Assembly: GCF_001194135.2 (NCBI RefSeq)
Contig: NC_068981.1
Location: 40,177,581-40,241,580 of the forward strand
Direction: 5' to 3'
Length of the DNA stretch: 64,000 nt
Source of the DNA: Octopus bimaculoides
Taxonomy: Eukaryota
The notes under the pieces are model-generated. The model worked only from the letters and a program-made list of their open reading frames with translations. It ran no database searches and was not told the origin of the DNA. Positions 38,981 through 51,640 of this stretch are shown here, one piece after another (positions within the stretch are counted from its first letter, which is position 1; the number at the start of each line of letters is the position of its first letter). Both the position numbers and the translations under genes were made by a program.

Positions 38981-39132
38981 TGCACTACAGGGTACTGCAC
39001 ACATTCTACGCAAAACACTTTCAATACAGTAAACATAAGAGCACCACAGCAAACCACAGTACATACCCAAGGCGCACAGAGCTGCGCTCGGTAGTGAAGT
39101 GAAAGCACGTTATAAAAATAAAACTACTGAAC
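38981..39132 (+). mobile_element. About 150-bp 3'-terminal copy of the Dong subfamily seen at 21434-23019, between two (TAA)n tracts
   Basis: Near-identical to 22883-23019 (gcactac.ggg.actgcacac...ctactgaac). Confidence 0.9.
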
Positions 39133-39203
<71 letters not shown>

Positions 39204-39218
39204 TAATAATAATAATAA

Positions 39219-40100
39219 TGTGAAATACAAAGTGAGTTTGAAATACAAAGACAGCATCTGAAATACGAAGAGAGCACGTCAGACAAATCGAAGAGAAAAT
39301 TCTGCATGTCCAACTTTGGAGAGTCACTGAAGACGTATGTGGAACAAAATCTTGGCCTTGGTTTTAAAAAAATGGCAATTAAAATAAGAAACAGAGAGCT
39401 TAATTGTAGCTGCCTAAGTTCAAGCGATAAAAACAAACAACTTACGAAAAATATATATGGAGAGAATGTGTCAGAAAAATATGGAGCTTGTGGAACTTGG
39501 AACGAGACAGTGGCACACATTGTGGGGTAATACCTCAAGTTGGCGCAAGGGGACTATAAGAAATGGAGGTACGACACTGGTAACTGTGTTAGAAATGGGG
39601 ATTTGAAGCTGGAAACACATGATACAATCATCTAGTCGAAAGAGTACTGGAGTCGGAGAAGTATAATATTTTGTGGGACTTTCCTATTCAAACGGACAAA
39701 AAGGTAGAATATAATAGACCAGACATGACAATTATAAATAAGGAAAAGCGAATGTACTTACTTATCGACCCATCATGCCTGTTTGATTCCAGGATAGTAA
39801 AGATTAACAAAAGAAATACAATCTCTTAAAATTTGAAATACGAAGAATTTGGAGCATGCTAACAGTAAAGGACGTGCCTATAATAATTGATGCGTTGGGA
39901 ACTGTAAGCAAAGATATAGACAAATGGCTGAAGGAGATTGGAATAGAATGCCCAGTAGAACTCCTACAGAAAGTTTGTCTCTTAGCGACAGCAAGGATTA
40001 TCAGGAAGATTCTAAACACTTGAAAGACTACTGAAAATCAGTGGATAACCCGCTAACCACATAATTCCTACCAGGAATAAGACTGAGCCAGAGAGAAACC
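39219..40100 (+). mobile_element. Third Dong/R4 subfamily 3' fragment
   Basis: ETVAHIVG; ILWDFPIQTDKKVEYNRPD; IDPSC; LKFEIRRIW; PVELLQKVCLLATARIIRKIL. Confidence 0.85.
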
Positions 40101-40443
40101 AAAATAATGATAATAGTAATATTAAAGTAACATGCTATCCACATATTTTCTACCACGAATAAGACCCAACCTGAGTTAGAACAAAATAATAATAAGAAGA
40201 AGAAGAAATTTTGATAGCAATAACAACAGTAGCAACAAAATCAATTCGTCTAGAATGAAAATAATAGAGGCTATTGCTGCCAGTTTCTAAGAAATGCTTT
40301 TACGTCTCAGGATCCATATTATTCAAACATAAAAACTTTGCTCATGAAAATGAAAAATAAAAATATATTTAATGGATAGGTCTGAAATGATGCCTTAGCA
40401 CGACAATGCTAGCAATCTTTTTTATTGCAAATTGATATAAACG

Positions 40444-40483
<40 letters not shown>

Positions 40484-42112
40484 TGTATGTGTGTGAGAGA
40501 GTGTGTGTGTAAACAAATATGTATCTATGTATATATGTATGTATGCATGTATGCATGTATGTATGCATTGCATATATATATATACACACGCAAGCACACA
40601 CATATATATGCATGTATGAATATGTGTGTATGTCTCGCTGCATCTCTCTCTCTCTGTGAATGCTTGTACATTCATATACGGGTATACACATATACACATA
40701 CATTTTATGTCATTGTGTGCGAGAATTGTGTGCGCGTGTCTGTGTTAATGCGTCTGTGTGTGTGCGTCTGCGAGTGTGTGTGTGAGACGAAAGATAAGTA
40801 TGGACTGAGTTTTTATGCGTAAGCATGTATGTGTATGGGATATTGATGCACATATGTACATATATAAATTGTATGTATGGTTTGTTTAAATATCTATTAT
40901 CTATCATATATATTAATTCATTAATATCTCACAACTCAATATCTTGTAAATGTTTGAAGTGTTACATATATATTTAGTAAACATACAATTTATCTTCCTG
41001 CGGACAGCAAGAGACATCGATTGTGCGAATTTCTGTTCATTAGAAAAAAGATAACTCATCGTCTGTGCACGGAGAGATAAGTAACTTTTATTATTTATTA
41101 TCTGTAGTGCATACAAACTTAAAACTGAGCTAAACTGATCGCTCTAATTATCATAATTTCCATTGTCAGCATACACCGAAAACGTCAATTTTTAACTAAT
41201 AGTGCGATAATGAACATTTTGATTTGCGATATTTCTTAATGTACAGTATACCTTCTTAATAAGTATGCAACTTAGTTTCGATGTAAAATAAGCAATTGGA
41301 GTGTTTTCAAAACAGGTTTATCTCTCTGTCGACAGAAGTCTGTGTTGTAGCAATTTTGTTTAAATTTCTATATTCGTATATACACTGAAATGTTTTATAC
41401 TCATATATACAATTACAAAGACATATACGCGCGCGCACACACACACACAGAAAAAGCAGTAAAAAGAAAAGAAAAAAGACTCAATTTCAACGCAAAAAAA
41501 ACAACCAGGAACAACAAAAAAGTATTTTTTAAAACTTTAGTAACAATCTTTCATTCGGGTTCCGAAACCGCAACTCCAAATCACCATACAAACATCAGTT
41601 GCCGACGTCACTCACTTCCAGTCAAATGAAATTCTACAAACACCAGTTGCTGACGTGACCTAACTCCAGACCAATCAAAACCGAACTTCAGCGAATACAA
41701 CGAAATGATCCTTTTAGAGAACCAACCAACCGGAACGACTTATGACTGTATCCACGAGGAAACCAACCAAGCAGAACGACATGCTTGAACATGGACATAA
41801 AAAGTCACCAGTATTTTAACGAATCACAAATCAGATTCGCTCGCGGAAAAAAATTATAAATTCATTTGATCCTAAAACATACCACAACAAGCGAAAGCGT
41901 CTATTAGAAGAGGATCAGAGAAACTGTAAACAAAATTCCCTTTTTGTTTTACTATTTTCATTTCACACTTTTTTTTTCAGTATGACTTGTGGACCACCAC
42001 TAAAATTAATGAACTTTGTACATTCAAACAAATTGATATACAGTTTTAATTTTATTGACTGCTATGAACATTCAAACTTACACCTTCTGTTTTGAACATG
42101 TTAATTTATCAC

Positions 42113-42200
42113 CATTGATACATTTTAATTTGTCAACACTGAAACATTTTAGTTTGTCAACATTGAAACATTTTAATTTGTCAACATTGAAACTTTTGAA
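42113..42200. repeat. 25-bp tandem repeat (tttgtcaacattgaaacattttaat), about 3.5 copies, shortly before an N gap
   Basis: Seen directly. Confidence 0.85.
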
Positions 42201-42739
42201 GACATTTTTCTAATTTTAAACTTTTGNNNNNNNNNNNNNNNNNNNNNNNNNNNNNNNNNNNNNNNNNNNNNNNNNNNNNNNNNNNNNNNNNNNNNNNNNN
42301 NNNNNNNNNNNNNNNNNNNNNNNNNNNNNNNNNNNNNNNNNNNNNNNNNNNNNNNNNNNNNNNNNNNNNNNNNNNNNNNNNNNNNNNNNNNNNNNNNNNN
42401 NNNNNNNNNNNNNNNNNNNNNNNNNNNNNNNNNNNNNNNNNNNNNNNNNNNNNNNNNNNNNNNNNNNNNNNNNNNNNNNNNNNNNNNNNNNNNNNNNNNN
42501 NNNNNNNNNNNNNNNNNNNNNNNNNNNNNNNNNNNNNNNNNNNNNNNNNNNNNNNNNNNNNNNNNNNNNNNNNNNNNNNNNNNNNNNNNNNNNNNNNNNN
42601 NNNNNNNNNNNNNNNNNNNNNNNNNNNNNNNNNNNNNNNNNNNNNNNNNNNNNNNNNNNNNNNNNNNNNNNNNNNNNNNNNNNNNNNNNNNNNNNNNACA
42701 TATATATATAAGAAGTTTGCTCCTAGGTTCAGTCTCAAT

Positions 42740-42840
42740 GCGTAGAACCTTGAACAAGTGTCTTTTGCTGTAGCCTCGGGCTAACCAAAGCCATGTGAAT
42801 ACATTTGGTACACGGAAACTAAAAGAAGACCGTCGTGAGT
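42740..42840 (+). mobile_element. Partial CORE-type SINE (family C)
   Basis: ccttgaacaagtgtcttttgctgtagcctcggg...cggaaactaaaagaag. Confidence 0.7.
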
Positions 42841-45800
42841 GTGTGAGTAATTTGAATTATGCTGTTGTATATACAAAGCAACTATACTTTAACCAGCATA
42901 AAAAACACCTCTTACAAAATGCGTAAAAGCAGAGGCAAGCCTGGCTAATTAAGGCATCATTCAGTTGTCTTCCTCCTGATTTAAAATCCAATCAAAACTA
43001 GTTGCAGGGTGAAGGATGTCAGTGTTCGGGAGTGAGGACACTTATGGCACTCTCCACTTCATTTACGGGCAATATAGGTCAAGCGAAATTCTGCGCTCCC
43101 TCACCTGTGCTCCAGAATATCATTTTTCAGAATAATTATTCTTATTGTTGAATAATTACTTATATTGTTGAAACTATTCTAGCTTTGATGACATTTATTG
43201 TTATTGCCATTTTGTGAATAATTACACAACACCAATGTCCCTTTGGGGAAAGACACTAATCAAGATTGCTTAGTTTCAAGCACTTGAGAAGCTAATTCGA
43301 ATCAGTTCTGTCTATAAAATAGAAGCTAATATTTTTTGGAAACTGAGGAAGGATATTTCCGCGTCTTAAAAATGAAACCTTCATACATTTTGTCACGTTA
43401 AAGCGGTCATAAAATGTGATAATAACAGTTTGAGATGTCACTTTAATAGCATTCAGTTTCTAAATACGGCTAAAGAAGCAAAACATTAGAGAGAAGTTTT
43501 GTGAAGAAAATAGTAATTTTCTGTGACTTCGGGAGTTGAATATGGTCGAATCGATAAAATTCCGGGTTTGCCAGTCGAAAGTAATATTCATGATAACAAT
43601 GTAATGATTTCAAAGCCTATTATAGCAATGAATGCTTCTACATGTATCCACCACAATAGCTTTTGGATACGGACAATAGAAAGCGCTTAATTCAACGCTT
43701 CATCGAGTCACAAGGTTTTCGTACCGCTCGTGTTACAACACTACGTTAGGAACTGATGACTATTTGCATCTTTGATGATGCAGTGCATCAACAACAACAT
43801 CCACAGATACATATACATATGAAGCAGCATTGCTTAGTAAGATATGACTGGAATTCAAAGAGGTAGAGGCTGATCCGTCACTCTCCGAGACGGTGGCAGC
43901 AGTGGTCGTTGTGGTGGCAACGAGTGTACAGTCCCGCTATGCGACAGGATGACATTGCATAGAAAGGAACCAAGTATTTCCAAAGACTGCGACGTGACTA
44001 GAGCTAAACGACTTGAGTACTGATTGGAACGCGTTACCTTGCCAGTATTTAGACTTCTAGGCGTATTCTTGCAATACATTATAGACCGAGAACAGACACA
44101 CTGATAAGACACGCATACAGGTACCGTGTCTGTTACAAATCTTGCAGCAGAGAAGCCTTTACATTTCATAATTCATTTTTTCTCACCAGTGCATAGCCAA
44201 GACAGTCCTCCAATACGCAGATCATTAATACGTATGTAAATATGCAGCACTATATTGAATAGTATTATAGGCAGCAGAACATTTTGTCTTTTGTCAGGAG
44301 GGAATCACTACCCATGATATGTTGCAGAGCCTCTGAGTCTTGTGGGAGAAATTAAGGAATGTATCATCAAACTGGAAACTTACTGCAAATGCTTACAATA
44401 GAATGAAATGCGTAAAATGCATTCAAAGTGACGGCTGATGGTATTGAACTAAGTCTACAATATAAGTAGGCCGTAACTGAACATATAATACAAAGCATTC
44501 GGTCCGACGTTCTTACATTTCCACCAAGTCACCGCCTTGGATTCGTATTTCTTTTTCTTTTTGATCGACCCGAAAAGATGGAAGGAAATGTTGACCACGG
44601 AGTGATTTGAACGCAAAAATCAAAGAACCTGAACAAATTCTTTGAAGCATTCTGTCCAACACTTTAATGACTACCAATTCGTGGACGAAAGGAATCGTTT
44701 AACTGCCAAGTGTTCTGTTATTTTGCAAGAGATGATTAGATGTCTAACATGGAATTTGATTAGGGTTTGTTTCTACTAAATAAATGAAGAATAGCCATGT
44801 TTTAAGACAAGACTTTCATATTCGATTTTTTTTAATGTTAATCCGCCATACATATTTAGTTTCTAATCAACTTATGCACCAACAAATATACTTACTCAAT
44901 ATATATTTAATGAGTAATTTGGTCGCTACAGCGTTATAGCTAGAGATTACATTTTGCTAATGATGCCAAATTAAGGCGAAAAGTGTACGGCATTGTCTAC
45001 CATATTAATTCATTTATGTTCTTTTACTGGCTTCGGTCATTGTATTTCAGCCATTTTAGCGTACTGTCTTTAATAGTATTAGTTGATAATATCGTCCTCG
45101 GAACGTCCTCTGGCACTCATTTTATTGTTTTCCCCTTAGGACTCAAAATTTTTATAATATTGTAGATTATTTTTCTTCAAAATTTGCGATTTAGTAACAT
45201 TCCTTCGAAGTATGTTACGTATATATAGAAAAGATAACGATCTCAGTTAATCTTTTTATCGCGGGAGAAGTCTCTCAACATTTCGTGCACTATCATAAAG
45301 TTTGCTGAGTAAGAAAACGCTGGATTAATGTTCGTCATATAACCAGATTAAGTTGAGACTGGATAATACCAAAAATGTTATATCTGTTGAAAATATCAAA
45401 ATTTTGGGCTCCTTCCTTCCTCAGTTGCTGCACATGTTAAGTATGCACGTATGGATGGTATCTATCCATATGTTCAATGTGGGACTTCTATTGAGTTCAT
45501 GTTTCAAATCCTTAAAGCTTTATTGCTTTGCTTTTCTAAAGATGCTTAATGAAATCGTCCTTCAAGTCCTAATGAAGATGCCCCTTGCTCCATATCAGAT
45601 GCAAAAGTTTCAAGGTTTTAGAATTCAATTTCATACCACAATATTTGCAGACGTAAGATTGTATGTTATTTGTTTTATCGCAGTATGGTTTCATTCAGTT
45701 TAGGTTTATTAACAAGTTGTACTATTTCTAGCCTTCTAGATGAAAAACATTACCCAACATTTTGAAAGATATGCTAACACAAAAATACTCGACTGCCAAC

Positions 45801-46229
45801 TGATGGTATGGAAAGAAGGAGTGGCAGATATATATTTCTGTCACATTTTTTGGTGATTATGTAATCAATTATATGCTAAGTCCTTGGACTGAAGATGCAT
45901 CAAGGCTGTTTTATGTTTATTTGATTGCAGAAAAAGTGGTTTTGTGACTACAAAGATGAGTTCGTTAGAAAAAATTAACAGACACCAACCGTTAGTATTC
46001 ATCCTATATAGTGTGCCTCCAATTCAGACCAGACTCAAGAACTATAATCACTAAGTAGCAAGATATTGTCAATATATGTGGTAGAACGTAAGCTAATATT
46101 TAAAAAAAAATGTTCTTTTCTCATTCTATCCATGAGGTAACCGAAGCATAACAACGTATTAAACCAATTGAATTCCACTTCCTCAGATCTAGCTTTAATG
46201 TGATCATGTTGCCAGTTGACTGCAGGGGA

Positions 46230-46500
46230 AATGACGGTAACTGTTTGGCAATGGTAGTTGTTAAGGAAACTTGTCACCAAATTTCATTTTCTTCCTTCTC
46301 TATCTAGTAAATTGTCTAAACTTATATTTTCTAGTTGATATACCTGGAAAAGCTAGTTTCACTAAGAACATTGATAGCAATGTCATATTTCCTTACGATT
46401 TGAGAGATTAGGGCCAGATCCTTCTGAATTCGCACGTTCCAAGATACAACATTCAGCTGTTTCTTGGCAGCGTCCTTAAAAAAGATTTAAAGTATTTCGA
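46230..46500 (-). pseudogene. RTE-like LINE AP-endonuclease N-terminal remnant
   Basis: Minus strand gives [10 protein letters not shown]...[21 protein letters not shown], resembling the WNVR...LSET motifs of APE. Confidence 0.5.
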
Positions 46501-46619
46501 CAACCATCTTACAAGTAGGAGTGGGTGTATTCGTTTTAGGGCAGTTTTTACTATCTTCTCAATCAAGAAACAACTTGTTGTATTTAAAACTACCTGCTTT
46601 ATCCCCAGCATAGGACACA

Positions 46620-46772
46620 GGTTGGATGGTTGGATGGATGGATGGATGGATGGATGGATGGATGGATGGATNNNNNNNNNNNNNNNNNNNNNNNNNNNNN
46701 NNNNNNNNNNNNNNNNNNNNNNNNNNNNNNNNNNNNNNNNNACGGACGGACAGACAGACAGACAGACAGACG

Positions 46773-46866
<94 letters not shown>

Positions 46867-46890
46867 CAGACGACAGACAGACAGACGACA
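46620..46890. repeat. (GGAT)n/(GACA)n/(GATA)n tetranucleotide array with N gap
   Basis: Seen directly. Confidence 0.95.
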
Positions 46891-47684
46891 GACAGATAGG
46901 TACTCATGAGTTTCTCATCCAGGAAGTGTCATCACCGAAAGGTCTTCATTATGCAGATTTCCAGTACGGAACTTCAGTAATATCCTTTCCTGTTCCCAGT
47001 CGCAGTTTCCTCACCGCCACTGGTCTTGCATTCAAAACAAAATATATCTATAAGTATGAATTGAACTAATAAATAGCACACATAATGATTTGATTATAGT
47101 GATGATTATAGAAATGAAGGCATCCATATTTTGAGGGGTTTCCTGATTAGACCAAGTTGGTGCAGGGTGTGTCACAAACTCGAACGATGATAAACATTAG
47201 AAATTTGTTTGTAACCTCGAGTAGTTTTGTGTCCTCGCTCACTATTAGCAGTTATCAGATTATACAATGCGAGATTTATCCATCCTGTTGACGAGTGTTG
47301 TTTTATGTCTTGCTGAGTTTCTAACAATCTCTATACCAAACTATCCAGGAGAGATACCGGTTCAGACGCCAAGATCTAGATCATGTGACATTGCACGATA
47401 CCAGCAGCACTGCATTGCACGATACTAGTAGCACTAAGGTGTCGTAATAACAGATCAATTACACACACACACACATATCAATATATATTACTGGCTTTTC
47501 TATGATGTAATTGAAATATTATTGACAAATATATTAATGTTTTCTTTCTTATTCTGCATATGATTCACTTATTAATTATGTTAGTTTTATTTCCTGCTAT
47601 CTACAGTTAGTATGTCCACGATAATAAATAAATAAATAAATAAATAAATAGAACAAATCTCTTTCCTAGTCATATAGACTCAGA

Positions 47685-47904
47685 GTAATGGCTTTCCTGT
47701 TTCTGTGGCGTATATATACCCTGCTCCCTGGATAGAAAGCCAGTCCGTCGTAGGAATAATTATTTTTGGCAGCTGAGTGGACCAGAACAACGTTAAATGA
47801 AATGTTTTGCTTACGAACACAATGTATCACCCGATCCAGGAATCGAAACCACAATCTTACGATCATAATCCAATATCCCTAACCACTAAGCTACGCGCCT
47901 CCAC
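47685..47904 (-). mobile_element. tRNA-derived SINE (family D)
   Basis: Minus strand reads ggaggcgcgtagcttagtggttaggg...ggtttcgattcctgg...ccactcagctgccaaaaat. Confidence 0.8.
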
Positions 47905-48078
47905 GTAGTCCATCAAGCCAATCTTAAACTGAAACTCTTAAATTCTATTCCTCTTATTCTGAAAGATAGGGACTTTGTACGAGAACAAACAAAGAAACCG
48001 GTATTGTAATACTCATGTTTGGTAAACGTATCAGAAACGGTAGTGTGCCAGATTTATCAATATTTGATTTTTTACTAC

Positions 48079-48194
48079 CAAATTCAAAACTCGTTAGTGT
48101 CCACTTTAGTTTCTTCCCTGCAGGTTCAATAAAGTTAGTATCAATAACATCATTCAATCGACTAAATACTTCCTCTACAAAATTTGGTCTGTGT
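48079..48194 (-). CDS. Candidate isolated coding exon, unidentified
   Basis: Strong acceptor ttgatttcttttgtctag; open frame HRPNFVEEVFSRLNDVIDTNFIEPAGKKLKWTLTSFEF; possible donor G|gtagta. The ORF track shows the frame open across 47954-48202. Confidence 0.35.
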
Positions 48195-49095
48195 CTAGAC
48201 AAAAGAAATCAATAATATGACGCACAATATAGTAAAACTCAGAGATGTATGTAAGTCAATTAACTATTACGAAAACAAATGTTTGTAAATATAAACAATA
48301 TTCTTCTTGAGATAAACAATATGTAGAAATTATTCTTATTGAATTAATGACCAGTAGATTATTAACAGACTCATCGCGTGTGTTGTACTTCAAACATACG
48401 AGAATGCTTTAATTGTTTGAATAGACAGAAACAATTTCTCGCGTTTCTAAATAGTTTATGATTTATTAATATCATCAAGTCTTCAGATAAACATTTCACT
48501 CTGTGAACTAAGTTATATATTCAGTCCATTACATGTTAAGATAGCCGATCATTTATAAATAGAATTTATTGTAACTGCACCTGTTCTGTTTTCCCCGCAT
48601 TGCCATGTGATTACAAAGCCATTATGGCTAAAGAAAGTATGGAACGTATTTGAGAATTGTTCGCTTTTACATTAAAAACATTTTGAAATATTCGTTCAGA
48701 GTAAATATCTTTAGTGCAGAGAATCTGGATCTTGCAATTTCACTGCCTTTAACTTGAAGAGTTACTCTTTTGTATATTGTTTGATGTTTTACTTCTCCAG
48801 GTGTTTAGTTATAAACTTTCTGAAAAGGGAAAACTAGAAAAAAATGATAATAAATAATACTCTGTGAGACAGTGATGAAATATAAAATGATAAAGAACAG
48901 GACAAAACGCTTTCGGTACATTTTCCTTTTTGCAATTTATTTCCGTTTAATCTAGGCCGATCTCACTTTTCATTCAAGGAAATAAACTGTATCAGGCTAC
49001 CCAAACTATATACGAACTTGCGTCAAAGTTAATAGATAAATACATCAACAACTACGTGGACTATATTTTTAACTGATTGTAACATGCACCATCTA

Positions 49096-49133
<38 letters not shown>

Positions 49134-49135
<2 letters not shown>

Positions 49136-49640
49136 TTATGAGCGATAGAGGTGTTAATTAGACCCAGAGGTTTCAGGTAATGCTGAGTAAGTGCTATGGA
49201 TAGACCATAGTTAAGCTCCAGGTTCGGTGATTATACGAATAAGGGGTCCAACTTAGGTCATATATCAGCGTGTGAATATAAGGATTTACTTTTCGTAATG
49301 AGATAAAAAAAATCAAGGTTGTGTACATTATAGAACATTTATAAATAGAAGGTCTTACAGCTGTTTCCAGGATATTTATTATATCCCTTCATCGGAGACG
49401 GTGTGAGAGGATGGTTAAGCAATAGTTAATTTAGATAAGATAGGAAATAGAGAGTGAATGCAGGGATATTGTATTTGTAAATCCATTGTTTAGGCAGAAT
49501 GGTATACATATAAGATTCCAATACCTTGTGAGTAAAATCCAATAGTCCTTAAGATTGGACATTGCATTTGTAAATTCTTTATTAAGATTCCAATACCCTA
49601 TGAGTAAAAGCCAACAGTCTTCGAAACTGGTCATTCCAAA
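49134..49640 (-). mobile_element. Probable PLE pLTR remnant (hammerhead family 3) adjacent to (TA)n
   Basis: Carries a hammerhead motif and an internal two-copy repeat (taagattccaatacc...gagtaaaa.cca). Confidence 0.5.
49352..49399 (-). ncRNA. Minimal type-I hammerhead ribozyme (family 3), U4C variant
   Basis: Minus strand reads gtct-CCGATGA-a-gggatat-aataa-atatcct-g-GAAA-CAGCTG-TA-agac. Stem I is GTCT/AGAC, helix III is the palindrome ACAGCTGT, and the triplet is GUA. Confidence 0.7.
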
Positions 49641-49830
49641 TACAGAGTTTATACATAGTGTTATTGAATCAAGGGTTCTGTTTAAAGTGACCTAAAAGTA
49701 GAGAGAGGGAGATAAGCTAAATAGTATGACTGCTCACTCATACGATTATCGAACCAGGAGTCTAACTACGGTCCTTCTGTAGCACTTACATAGCCTTACC
49801 TGCTATTTGGGAATCTTCTGGATACCAACA

Positions 49831-49861
<31 letters not shown>

Positions 49862-49862
49862 C

Positions 49863-49940
<78 letters not shown>

Positions 49941-50093
49941 CGAAGATAATTTTATAATTTCGTGAAAGCGAAGAATAGAAATAGGACTGCAGATGGAAGT
50001 GTTCAGGTAACACTGAGACGGAAGGAAAAATAAATTGAAAGCTTTAATGAATAAACGCATCAATTGGTCAAAACAACTTTATAACATTCCCAT

Positions 50094-50280
50094 ATTACCA
50101 TAAACCGAACATAAATATATATTAAAAGACAATAGTATAAAATATACACATATATACGAATACAAGAAAACACACGAGTACCTCTTGTATTCGTATATAT
50201 CTGTAAATTTTATACTATTGGGTTTTATCATTAGATGCCCTGATGTTTTTAATATATATTTATGTTCAGTTTATGGTAAT
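50094..50280. repeat. Long imperfect fold-back hairpin
   Basis: attaccataaaccgaacataaatatatattaaaa and aatagtataaaat..tatatacgaatacaaga pair with their reverse complements in 50183-50280. Confidence 0.85.
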
Positions 50281-50283
50281 AAA

Positions 50284-50700
50284 CTCTTTACTCTTTTACT
50301 TGTTTCAGTCATTTGACTGCGGCCATACTGGAGCACCGCCTTTAGTCGAGCAAATCAACCCCGGGACTTATTCTTTGTAAGCCTAGTAATTATTCTATCG
50401 GGCTCTTTTTGCCGAACCTCTAAGTGACGGGGACATAAACACACCAGCATCAGTTGTCAAGCGATGTTGGGGAGACAAACACAGACACACAACCACACAC
50501 ACACACACACATATATGTATATACATATATACGACGGGCTTCTTTCAGTTTCCGTCTATTTGGGAATCTTCTGGATACCAACAAGGCTTTGATCGGCCCG
50601 AGGCTATAGTAGAAGACACTTGCCCAAGATGCCACGCAGTGGGACTGAACCCGGAACCATGTGGTTGGTAGGCAAGCTACGTACCACACAGCCACTCCTA
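50284..50700 (-). mobile_element. CORE-type tRNA-derived SINE (family C), full length
   Basis: Minus head aggagtggctgtgtggta...gggttcagtcccactgcgtggcatcttgggcaagtgtcttc (CORE-like ttgggcaagt); tail gactgaaacaagtaaaagagtaaagag. Confidence 0.9.
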
Positions 50701-50747
50701 ATATGGGAATGTTATAAAGTTTATTCATTATACCTTTCAATTTAAAT

Positions 50748-50785
<38 letters not shown>

Positions 50786-50872
50786 CGATAGATAGATAGA
50801 CAGACAGACAGACAGAGAAACTAAAAGAGATAAATATGTATGAAAGCGAGCACACACACACACACACATACA

Positions 50873-50909
<37 letters not shown>

Positions 50910-51124
50910 AATACACACCCTATGAAGGAAATCGACCTTGAAATGAAATTGAGTAAACGCAAACTTTATCGTAACCGCTCGGGTAGATTCTACCTGTAAT
51001 TCAAAAGTACTGCCTTGGTACAAGCACTGTGTCATGCTGATTCCGTCTAAGAATTACGTTAAGGTTAAACATGTCCGTGGAGTATTCAGCCACTTACAAG
51101 TTAATTCAATGAGTAGGTAATTCA

Positions 51125-51343
51125 GTTCGTAGAATCACATGGTTCTAAGTTCAATCCCAGTACGTGGCACACGGCGCAAGTGTCTTCAATTATAGGCCCC
51201 GGCTAACTAAAGCCTCATAAGCGATTTTGATAAACGGAAACTAAAAGAAGTCCGATATATATATGTGTATGTATATATAAATATGTGTGCATATATGTGT
51301 GTGTGTGAATGTGTGTGTATATATATGTGTATGTGTATGTATG

Positions 51344-51382
<39 letters not shown>

Positions 51383-51640
51383 NNNNNNNNNNNNNNTATA
51401 TATATCTTTGTGTGTGACTTTGTGTTTATGTTTGTCCCCAACCACTGCTTGACAACTGGTGTTAGTTTCTTTATATCTCCATAACATGGCGGTTCGGCAG
51501 TAGGGACCGATAGATTAAGTACCAGGCTTTAAAATGATATATACAGAGTCGATTCGTTGTACTAAAAATTTCTTCAATGTATGCCACAGCATGGCCGTAG
51601 TCCAATGACTGAAACAAGTAAGAATTAAAAGATACAAAAG
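51125..51640 (+). mobile_element. CORE-type SINE (family C), diverged, with an expanded internal microsatellite
   Basis: cacatggttctaagttcaatccc...caagtgtcttc...cggaaactaaaagaag...gcatggccgtagtccaatgactgaaacaagtaag. Confidence 0.85.

Noticed and set aside
43750-43800. Other CTGATGA/CTGAAGA hits as hammerheads (also about 51936, 62041, 14049)
   Set aside because: No stem II followed by GAAA, and no stem I complement.
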